From Cenococcum geophilum (taxonomy: Eukaryota): a DNA stretch of 64,000 bases. The stretch spans positions 8,184,001-8,248,000 of the forward strand of contig CP158636.1 of NCBI GenBank assembly GCA_050273025.1, given 5' to 3'. Below the pieces are notes generated by a model. The model was given only the letters and a program-made list of their open reading frames with translations, had not been told where the DNA came from and made no database searches. Of the stretch, positions 11,927-21,459 are shown one piece after another (the stretch's first letter is position 1; each line of letters starts with the position of its first letter). The position numbers were made by a program, and so were the translations under genes.

Positions 11927-14094
11927 ATGCGTCTTCTTAATACGGACAACTTTAAGGTAGAAGAATTTAGAGATGATAAAGTCCTACGGTACGCTATCCT
12001 ATTACATACGTGGGATAAAGAGGAAGTTACCTTTTAGGATATAAAGGGAACCCGCGCAGCAAACAAGAAGGGATATAAGAAGGTTAAAAGCTGCTACTCC
12101 GTAGCTAGGGCCAACGGATTAAAATATATTTGGATAGATATATGCTATATTAATAAGATAAGCAGCGCGGAGCTCTCTAAAGTAATTAACTCTATATACT
12201 ATTAGTACCAATAAGCCAATATATACTATAGTTATCTAGCCAATATACTATTAAAAGCTATATTCTTAGGTTTACTAGAGGATGGACCCTTTAAGAATTA
12301 ATTACTCCGTTAACCGTAATATTTCTTAATAAGGAATAAAAGGACCTAGGGACTAAGGCAAGCCTATAATAAGATATATCTAACTGCACCAGTATACCTG
12401 TTAGTATCCTCTTAGGAGACGATAACCTTAAAACGGTTAGTATCGCCTAAAGAATATTATAGGCTGCGAAAAGAAAAATATCAAGAATTAAGGATCGTGC
12501 CTATTATTTATTAGGCATATTTAGCATTAATATACCGCTAATTTACGGAGAAAGAGAAACCGCTTTCACTAGACTCTAGGAGGAAATTATAATAATCTTA
12601 AATAACTATAGTCTCTTTACATAGAAATCTCGTAATAATCGCGGTAGGCTTCTAGCTACCTCTCTAGCTGCATTTATTAGCTCCGGCAACATCGTCTAAT
12701 TTAATCCTTTTGATACCTTTAACAGCCCTTTAACTATAAGTAGTAGAGGGATCCATTTAGAACTCCGTTTTATAGGTATAGATCCTTAAGGACTAGGGCT
12801 CACGATCCTTTATTATAAAGAAAAAGGTAGAGAAGATAAACTAATCGCCATTTATGTAAAAGATTTGTTTCTAACAATAAACCAATTTAAGAGAGTTTGG
12901 AGTGAAGAATTTAAACAGCTTAATCTAAGAAAATTTAGGCCGTTATAATATGCTATAAGAAGGATATATATCCAAAAAAGGCATATAACACAAACGCAGA
13001 AATTAAAAGACCTTAAAAAATGCGATAGCATCTCTCCAGAGGGGATCTACCCTAATAATACGCTAATAGGTTTACTAAATTTAGGGGAACGGATAGTATT
13101 ATTACGGGCAGCAGAAAAAGGACTTAAGGACGTTATATGGCTGCTGTTAACACAAAGTAATGTTAAGGCCAACTTCGGGGATAAAGACGGGCAGACGGCG
13201 TTATCGCACGCGGTAAGTGGGGGGCATAAGGTGGTAGTTAAGATGCTATTAGCCCGAAGCGATATTAAGGCCAACCTAGAGGATAAAGACGGTCGGACGC
13301 CGCTGTCGTGGGCCGCCGAGAATGGGCGCGAGGCCGTTGTGCGGCTGCTTCTCGACAGGGGCGCCAACATCGAGTCGAAGGATAAGAAGAACGGTCTGAC
13401 GCCGCTATCGTGGGCGGCACGGGGAGGGCACGAGGCCGTGGTCGAGCTGCTGCTCGAGACGGGCAAGGTCGACGTTGAGTCGAAGGATAAGAACGGCAGT
13501 CTGACGCCGCTATCGTGGGCGGCACGGGGAGGGCACGAGGCCGTGGTTAAGCTGCTGCTCGAGACGGGCAAGGCCGACGTCGAGTCGAAGGACAAGAACG
13601 ACGGTCGGACGCCGCTATTGTGGGCGGCACGGGGAGGGCACGAGACCGTGGTCAAGCTGCTGCTCGAGACGGGCAAGGTTGACGTCGAGTCGAAGGACAA
13701 GAACGACGGTCGGACGCCGCTATCGTGGGCGGCGGGGGGAGGGCACGAGGCCGTGGTCAAGCTGCTGCTCGAGACGGGCAAGGTCGACGTTGAGTCGAAG
13801 GACAAGAACGACAGTCGGACGCCGCTATCGTGGGCGGCGGGGGGAGGGCACGAGGCCGTGGTCGAGCTGCTACTCGAGACAGGCAAGGTCGACGTCGAGT
13901 CGAAGGACAAGAACGGCAGTCTGACGCCGCTATCGTGGGCGGCGGGGGGAGGGCACGAGGCCGTGGTCAAGCTGCTGCTCGAGACGGGCAAGGTCGACGT
14001 CGAGTCGAAGGACAGGTACTACGGTCAGACGCCGCTATCGTGGGCGGCGGGGCACGAGGCCGTGGTTAAGCTGCTACGACGGAGCATTCAATAG
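11927..14094 (+). pseudogene. HET (HET-E-type) domain plus ankyrin-repeat protein; HET half RIP-destroyed, ANK half open
   Basis: MRLLNT...RYAILLHTWDKEEVTF*DI...YIWIDICYINKISSAELS...FTRGWTL*ELITP...DRAYYLLGIFSINIPLIYGE..AFTRL*EEI, followed by ~10 ANK repeats (ORF 13231-14094). One frameshift near 12270. No NACHT/NB-ARC P-loop seen between HET and ANK. Confidence 0.92.
13381..14075 (+). repeat. 105-bp tandem array (35-aa ankyrin repeats with high internal identity)
   Basis: Unit TPLSWAA[R/G]GGHEAVV[E/K]LLLETGKVDVESKDxxxxx, ~6.5 copies with near-identical DNA. Confidence 0.95.
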
Positions 14095-14174
14095 TCTCCT
14101 CTGCTATACCGCTTCCCCACCCACCACCATTACTACATGCTTGCTTTATATACTTTTTCATATAGAGTACGCTT

Positions 14175-14320
14175 TTGGCTTTGGAAATGTGCTGCTTGGA
14201 AATATACTGCTTGGAAATATACTGCTTGGAAATGCGCTGCTTGGAAATGCGCTGCGTAGGAATGCGATGCTTAGAAATGCTCTACTTAGGAGTCTTCTAC
14301 TTTATAATCTTCTGCTAAAT
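14175..14320. repeat. 15-bp degenerate tandem repeat (CTGCTTGGAAATGCG-like) inside the right arm of the cassette
   Basis: Read directly; the minus strand translates as RISKQ/YISKQ/HISK repeats. Confidence 0.8.
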
Positions 14321-15114
14321 AATGTTCGCGCTAAGGTTAAATAAGAAGCTTGCTTTAAAACCTCTTTTAAAGTTACTTTCCGCAAGATTAATATCTTCAC
14401 TGTAGGAATATAGGAGCGCTACTTGGGCGCGCTAGCAGGGAGGGTGCCGACCCGCTCCGGCCACACCCTTGTGGCGGTGGAAATAGTAGAAATAATGCAT
14501 GGAATGGAAGGTTTTAGTGCGTGCTAATAGATCTAGACGACGGATCGTTCTACGCACGAGTGGCGGATTCCGCGTTTCAGGAACCTCATAATATGCCGCT
14601 TCGGGAATGAATCGACTCCTCGGTTCTGCAGCCAAGAAACCACCGTCAAACGGGGAAGATTCATCTATGAAGCTGGAGAGCACCATAGGTGGGCCCGCAT
14701 CTCGACGTCGAGAAGTGGTGATTGCGACAACAGTTGACATACCGTAGAAACTATCCACGCCGAAGTTAGCCCACAACGCGCGCCAAAGACAGTGGGCTCC
14801 AATGCCAGCCACACTTGTCCGCTTCTTCCGCATTCTTATTCAATCTCAAAAAGTTGACCCTCATAATGATGTAGGTGTTGCGGGTTAAGTATCCCTCGCT
14901 AGTGTAAGGATATAGCCCTGGCTTCTGATAATTTTTCTTCGGTAGAACGTAGCGGGCTGACACCATTTCGATCCATTAACGAACCGCAAAGATGATCATC
15001 ACCTTTCTAGGTCGATACGAGAAATGCGAGAACGCCGAGCTTGCAGAAAGCAGAGCTCGGTTAATAAATTATCTTAGTCCAGGCTGAAAGTATTAAACGG
15101 GCGGAATCGCACCT

Positions 15115-15636
15115 ATGTTTCAATTTCGAAATGCGATAGATGCCCACAAATATCTGAAGTATTTCCAAACCTTGCAGGAACAACGATCCATCCAGAATGC
15201 TCTGGACCTTGAAGCCTCGCTCCAATTCTACCTCACTGCATTATCCCCCCTCTCTTACAAAGAAGTGCGATTTCCTTCAGTCGGTCTGGGTTCATCAAAC
15301 TCTACCAGCCCTATCCCCGACCTCTGGCTCCGGCAGCATACACCAGGCGACCGAAACGGCCACGCAGAGAAGCCGACACCAGTGCATATTTCGTTCTATG
15401 TCAAAGACCGGAGGCTTGTGGATGAGTTCCATGCCGCCAGGATCGAGGCTGGCGGAAAAGATAATGGCAAACCCGGCGTACGGCCTTGGATGGAGGGGTA
15501 TTATGGTAAGTATGAGCTTCGTGGCAGTACATGAACGTGGGTTCTGTTCTAATCAAAGACAGCTGCGTATGTCCTTGACTTGGATGGAAATAATATTGAA
15601 GTTGTATATTTTGCTACCAAGATGGGTGCTGAGTAG
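15115..15636 (+). CDS. Glyoxalase/bleomycin-resistance (VOC) family protein; 5' end uncertain
   Basis: DLEASLQFYLTALSPL...VHISFYVKDRRLVDEFHAARIEAGGKDNGKPGVRP..GYY, intron 15506-15562 (GTAAGT..CTAAT..CAG), then AAYVLDLDGNNIEVV. Confidence 0.8.
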
Positions 15637-16452
15637 TGAGGAATTCCGAAGCACCTTGGCTTAGCGAGGTCGATATCCTATTCACATTCATACCTAAAAA
15701 GACGTGGTAATCTCTCCGTGAACACCTTCCTGGGTTTCTGAGAATGAAATGGACGTTTCCGGAAGTTGGAAATGCCCTACAGCATTAGCTTTCAATTTTT
15801 ATAATAGCTACAGACACATATGGGTGGGTCATATTTTGACTTTCTGTAAGTCGCAATTGTGTTGCCTTCAATGCCTTCGATCCTGAACATGCCACACGTT
15901 GCTAGAGAAGGATCGCCGCTGAGATGGATCAGTGCCGTACGTGAAGGTCTACCTTCTGTGGTTGAGGAATCGATGCTCCACTTCCTATTCTCTCTCAGCG
16001 AACGTTTTATGACACACTAGGACAAACCTGTCATGCAACACTAGATAGTTGCTCAACATTTCCACATGACTTTTAGCGGCCAGCTAGACCAAGGGTATAA
16101 AAGGTGTCACTATCCTCCACTGCTTAAGGTCATCTCTCTTCCTAAAACTTCACTCGTACATAGGATGTGCTCGGTCTAAGTTCTTGGCACGTCGACCATC
16201 GTGCATGCTTGGCCGACGACCTGCATTTGTCGTGCCATCTGGTGTGGCTCACATCCCCTTCAATGACAGATATTGCAACTAATGAATTGTCGAATCGTGT
16301 GGGCTCACATTTTTCCATAGCACGCTCTACTGCCGCCACACTTCGCGACTACCGTTCCTCCAACCGTCCCTTCTTGATCCATATACTCGGATTGCCTATC
16401 GATCAACGATTGTGAAAGGGACCAATACTCTTGAACAGTGGCACAGAATACG

Positions 16453-17937
16453 ATGAATACAGCGGCTAGCAAACGCACACGAGAAGAGAGGGAAACGCGC
16501 GCTCGTGGGAACGAAGAGGGTCTCGCCTCCAAAATTGCGCGATTGGGCACAGATGGCCGTAGTGAAGGCATCGTAGGCGCACAGCAGCGCAGATCAACGA
16601 CGCTAGCTCTGCAAGCCAAGCCAGTTCGGTCGACTCAAGAGCACGAACGACGCTTCTCATGGGGTTTGGCCTTGCCTACTCCCTCGGTTGATGTTGTGGC
16701 ACGAGATGAAAGGCGACAGGAACCTGCGCCAAAGGCCGCCTTGGAACGACTACCGCTCGAAGTGCTGAGCAAAATTCTACAATACGCGTTTGGGTTCTGT
16801 GAGGTGCACGTATATTGATTGAAGGCAGGGCGAAAACAACCCAGAAACCGATACGCCTGTCGTGTTTGCTCATATCCACCTTCGATATCAGATGTGTACA
16901 AGCGGACTTTGGAAGGAGCCGACCCCAACGATCAGTATGCGTACAGAAACCCTATCCCGAGTAGTTCGCAACTCGCCGGCATGGATACCTTAGATGGATG
17001 CAATCTGAAGAACAGAATTCCGTGGCCCGGCGCCTCTTGGCCAATCAATCGTTCGCTATGGTCAATAGCACTCGAAAAAGTGCGTAAATCAACTGTCTTC
17101 ATCTTCGATGACGCCTATGTCCTGGAGGATTACCTCGTTGATAAAGACATTACACATCCGGAATGGCTCACCCAAATGGCCGCCAACGCCCGAGGCAGCC
17201 TTGAGACAATGCGGATGCAGTGGCTACGTCCCCTCAACACTCGCACCGCACAAGCTCTCCCAAGGCTCCAGCGCATATATCTGCGCGTGTTTATAGACGA
17301 TCCGTATTATGAGCTGCCCAGGGGGCCTGACGGCGCATTTGCCGGATCTGGACTTGTTCCTTTGGAGAAGATGTGAAATTTGCTTGATCCCTACACAGGA
17401 GGCTGGGCGTGGCCTGGTCGTTCTTTGCAGTTAACCAAGATCAGAGAGAATGAGGATATTCGCTGCATTATTCAGCAGGAGAGACATGCCGGGCGGGTAA
17501 CGCCCAAGGAGACGGTTTCGGGCTTTCACCATCTTGCTTTCTGTTTGGTATCTTGGGCTACGCGAGAGGAACGTTGCAAGAAGCGGTTTTCCGAGCGCTT
17601 GAGAATGATTGAGGAAGAGCAGGAATCTTTTCAGGTTGAAGCGCCACCGTTGTGGCTGGTCGAAGAATAGGCGAGATTAGTGTGGGAGGCGGAGATCGTA
17701 AAGATGGTGCTTAAAAAGACTGAGCTTGATAAGGACCAGTATCGGTTCACCTTTGCACAATGGGCTCCGGTGCGTAGGCTAGAGCGGTTGACGTCGCTTG
17801 GGCTGTGGTGCCCATGGATTGGACTACCGGCGGGTTTTCGGGACAGACGAGGCGAGTGGGGCGAGGCTGACTGGTCGGCGAGCCATCCGCGGATGACGGC
17901 AGGGTTGAACGTCGGGGGAGAAGTTTGCGGACACTAA
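16453..17937 (+). pseudogene. F-box-like hypothetical protein gene interrupted by three in-frame stops
   Basis: Four track ORFs (16438, 16819, 17380, 17680) lie in one frame, separated by TGA 16816, TGA 17374 and TAG 17668. F-box-like motif LERLPLEVLSKILQY. TATAAAAG at ~16096. Confidence 0.65.
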
Positions 17938-18550
17938 AAGCTGCTCGAGTCGCAGCCAGACAAGACACTGGGCATGCGGAGGGAGAATGGAGAGGGGAAG
18001 GATGGGTGAGGACTCGATTGTTTTGTTGTTCGAGATGTTGTTTGGCGTTTACAGGAAGATCGCCCTTACCGGGGAGCACGTGGCGGCAACGCTGCGGGAC
18101 GTAGCGAAAGCTTATCTCATAAATCAGACCCCCGGGGAGAAATTGCGCCACGGCGCAGCGCTACTCCTTAGCACCACACCTGCGAACTCCTGAGCCAGTC
18201 AGACAAGCGCACTAACTCCTGCCAAGTCCTGCAAGCTCCTGGACCAATTAAATCACACCAAGAGGAATTTCTCCCCAAGGGTCTGAGAGCTTATGGGCGC
18301 CCTTTATATGCGAAATCATTGTTTCTTATTAGGCGATAACTCTTCCATTATAACGCTCTATCTTAACCCTTTTATAACGTCTAGTTATTATAAAAATACT
18401 ATAAGGTAGGAGCTCTTTAATTTCTCTATCTATTGCAATAAATAACGACGTCGTAGCTATATTAGTTAGTCGTATTTTCGTTAGTTATATTTTCATCGGT
18501 CGTAAAAATCGTCTATCGCAAAACTCGTCGGTCGCAATCTTACCTCACTG

Positions 18551-18696
18551 CTCTGCTCGAAGCTCTGCACAAGGCTCTGCTCAAAGCTCTGCACGAGGCT
18601 CTGCTTAAAGCTCTGCACGAGGCTTTTCTTGAAGCTCTGCACGAGGCTTTTCTCGAAGCTCTGCACGAGGCTCTGCTCGAAGCTCTGCTCGAAGCT
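18551..18696. repeat. 24-bp (2 x 12) tandem repeat GAAGCTCTGCACGAGGCTCTGCTC-like, ~6 units
   Basis: Read directly. Confidence 0.85.
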
Positions 18697-18708
18697 CCAT
18701 ACCTTATA

Positions 18709-19019
18709 TACTTCTCTACGTCTAATTATCTCTAAAATACTACGAGCTAAAAGCTCTTTTTGTTCTCTATCGCCTCTATATTATAGCGATATCGTAGCTC
18801 TATTCTACGAGAAGTTAGATATAGGTAGTCGGTCAGTTTTAGTCTAGTTTTATTACGATTTTACCTTACTGCCAAAACTTACGTACTTCTCTAGGTCTAA
18901 TTATCTCTAAAATACTACGAGCTAAAAGCTCTTTGTCTTCTCTATCGCCTCTACATTATGGCAATATTATAGCTCTATTGTGTGGAAAGTTGGATATAGG
19001 CAGTCAGTTGAGTTTTAGT
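18709..19019. repeat. ~135-bp direct repeat pair (18709-18843 and 18884-19019)
   Basis: Both copies begin TACTTCTCTA[C/G]GTCTAATTATCTCTAAAATACTACGAGCTAAAAGCTCTTT and end GTTTTAGT; many differences are transitions. Confidence 0.9.
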
Positions 19020-20574
19020 GAAGATTCCGTTGAGAATCTAACTTACGTTTTACGACGATGTATCTCGCCCCTTAGTATTCTAGATATAGGGTTATAGTAT
19101 ATATTTATAAAGATATAATTACCTAAAGAATCTATTACATTAAACATATATATTATAACTATTGTGGTTGGGATATAGCTCGTAGAAATACATAAAATTC
19201 AATTTTTAAAACATTCATTTCGCACCAAAGCGACGCCCATAAGCTCTCAGACGCTCCGCAGAAGATTTTGTCAGGTGACAGGGGTGCGCAGGGGGCTGAA
19301 ATTAGTGCGCTGTTCTAATTGGTCTAGGAGTTAGCAGGAGGATCTATGCGTTACCCGCCCGTTAACCCAGCAACCGGGTCGGCGATATATATATACCCTC
19401 TCTTCCTATCCTCTTACTTCTTTTCTTTATGCAACGTCTTAACTTTACCACGCAGTTTATGTGCGTAGCTTAATAATATCTACTTTGCTACATATTATCG
19501 TCACTCGTACTCATTCCGTGACACCCCCATATTTGCTTGGCAGATCTAACGGCAAAGCTATGAATAGCTTTGTCATTCTTTTCTTGATATGGAAACTTCC
19601 ATGGCAATTCCCTCTTGGCATAGCTTGACACGGTCAGTGGGCTTCGAAGATCTTGAGCTAATCTGCTCACATTAATGAAGCGAAACAAAAATGGTGGCGG
19701 TCATTATGTTTGCCTTAGTTCCGAGGACGGAAAATTCTTTCTGGTCAAATTACTTACTCATCCTCTCTACTAGTACATCTTTTCTACCAGTACATCCTTT
19801 CCACTAGTACATCCTTTCTGGTCATACTTTTATCTGGTGGCCCATTGAGATTTTCGAGGGGACTGCATGAAGGCTGAATTGAGGACCTACAGGAGCCTTG
19901 TATACATAAAATGCGGCACCGTAGTTTTTGATGTTCGAATTTCTTCCACCATTATCGCGTACTCAAGCATCAACCAGAAACATGTCGCTAAACCGTGATA
20001 ACAATCTTCGTACGACCACTACCAAGGCTTGCTAGTTGATACTAAAGGACTGCTTTTCGGTATGAAGCCAGTCCCATGAACACATGACAGTGATTGAACA
20101 CGCGCGAAACCACTACCTGAAAGGCGAGCACCTGCGAGGGTCTGAAGTGCTCGCATTGAAAGTGATGACCTAACGAAGTTCGCAACCATTGGTGCTACCC
20201 CGTCCCCTTGGTCACCTCAACTTGTCCAGCCCTTCTGAGTTTGCCGAGCAAAGGACTGCATGAATAGGGAGAATCGCACTCATGGAGGAACAATATAAAG
20301 GCGTTTTAGGCATTCAGGATGATGTCTCGTGTGCACTGTGAGACTGTCAACTAAGCTTGCAGCTTTATGCCTGTATCGCCATTTTTCTCGCTTTGCTAAG
20401 CTTCATCATCATTAAAGGCCTGTGCTATGACCAGGCGTGGCATCTTGTTAGAGCTGTCGGCAGTGTGAAGAAGGGCTGGAGACCCATTAAAACGAGAACG
20501 TTCGGCGGAGCAGAGGACAAGCAAAGAGTGTGTCAACATCCCTATCCTATTCTCGTTTCAAGATATGCTAATAA

Positions 20575-21459
20575 TTGGATAAGAAGCAGCCATATACCCA
20601 GGATAGCTCCCTTGAATGTAAACGATTTAACTCCTCCGCTTGTCATTATCCCGATCCCAGAATTCGAGACTCCACAATACATTCGCTTCACCTTCCTCCA
20701 AGCCTCCAATATCCAAAGCCGCAACTCAACATTGACAAACTCAAGCTGAGAGGCCAAGATGACCGCCTCTCGACTGCTATGTTGGAAGAGAAAGTCATCT
20801 TCTACGCACGCTTGTTGAAGATCTGGGAAGGATTGATGACCTTTCCAATGTCCGCAAACTGGAAGAATATAATTTCCAGCCGGCCAGCAGACGAGTGGCT
20901 TTCCCGTATTACGGAAGGTGTCCCAACGAATGTTAAATTAGTCCTTATATCGTCACAACCCCCAACCATTGCTCGACTGAGATCTCTACTATGGTTAGAT
21001 ACATCTGACGGTGGAGTGTTTGCACGGTGCTTCAAACCAAATAGAAAGAAAGCGTCTATCAAGGACACAGCCCCCCACGCCGGATCAGCTAGCATGTATC
21101 CTGGTGGCTTAAGATCCAGAAGACGGCGGGTGCTGTTGCCGTCATCTAAATCTCATGATGAGGCATTGAAATCGAAAATCAAATCCCTTGATTTAAGACC
21201 GGAGGGAGAATTCATCACCTTGTTTAAAGTCCCATTCAAGAATGATCCTGAAGACGTCATGAATGTAAGGGCTCTGGCAATATTGACGAGGACGATTTTG
21301 ATGATATGGCTAGGAGCTGTTGATGAAGGATTGAAGCCAGCGATCAAGGATCTGGTCCCTTGGAGACTAGAGAATATCAAATATCTCGGACTCGCTGGAG
21401 ATAATCCCCTGGCCACAACCTTCAATGGTCAAGGTCAAGGCAGAACCAAGAAGAGATAA
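20575..21459 (+). CDS. Hypothetical protein (first in-frame ATG 20779), possibly a degenerate GIY-YIG-like fold; may be the 3' part of a decayed gene
   Basis: 885-nt open frame with protein-like composition. Motif GGVFARCFKP...APHAGSASMYPGGLRSRRRR loosely resembles GVY...YVGS..GL..R. Confidence 0.45.
   Translation: MDKKQPYTQDSSLECKRFNSSACHYPDPRIRDSTIHSLHLPPSLQYPKPQLNIDKLKLRGQDDRLSTAMLEEKVIFYARLLKIWEGLMTFPMSANWKNIISSRPADEWLSRITEGVPTNVKLVLISSQPPTIARLRSLLWLDTSDGGVFARCFKPNRKKASIKDTAPHAGSASMYPGGLRSRRRRVLLPSSKSHDEALKSKIKSLDLRPEGEFITLFKVPFKNDPEDVMNVRALAILTRTILMIWLGAVDEGLKPAIKDLVPWRLENIKYLGLAGDNPLATTFNGQGQGRTKKR

Larger units (their letters stand above)
11283..14472. mobile_element. TIR-bounded non-autonomous cassette carrying a HET-ankyrin gene
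   Basis: Inverted termini ACAAGGGTGTGGCCGGA (17 bp perfect; 11283-11299 / 14456-14472), extending imperfectly to ~40 bp (CCCTCCCT[A/G]CTAGC). Interior is AT-rich and RIP-like, flanks much less so. No TSD or transposase seen. Confidence 0.75.
18124..19338. mobile_element. RIP-degenerate non-autonomous element with nested inverted repeats and internal direct repeats
   Basis: 19-bp perfect IR GTCTGAGAGCTTATGGGCG (18281-18299 / 19234-19252), extending imperfectly to ~45 bp. Further IR pairs 18124-18144/18266-18286 and 18179-18215/19302-19338. AT-rich interior. Confidence 0.65.

Noticed and set aside
13047..13991. 314-aa Ser/Pro-rich repeat ORF on the minus strand
   Set aside because: Shadow frame of the GC-rich ankyrin array.
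13381..14075. Regularly spaced repeats resembling a CRISPR array
   Set aside because: The units are contiguous coding repeats without unique spacers; eukaryotic context and no cas genes.
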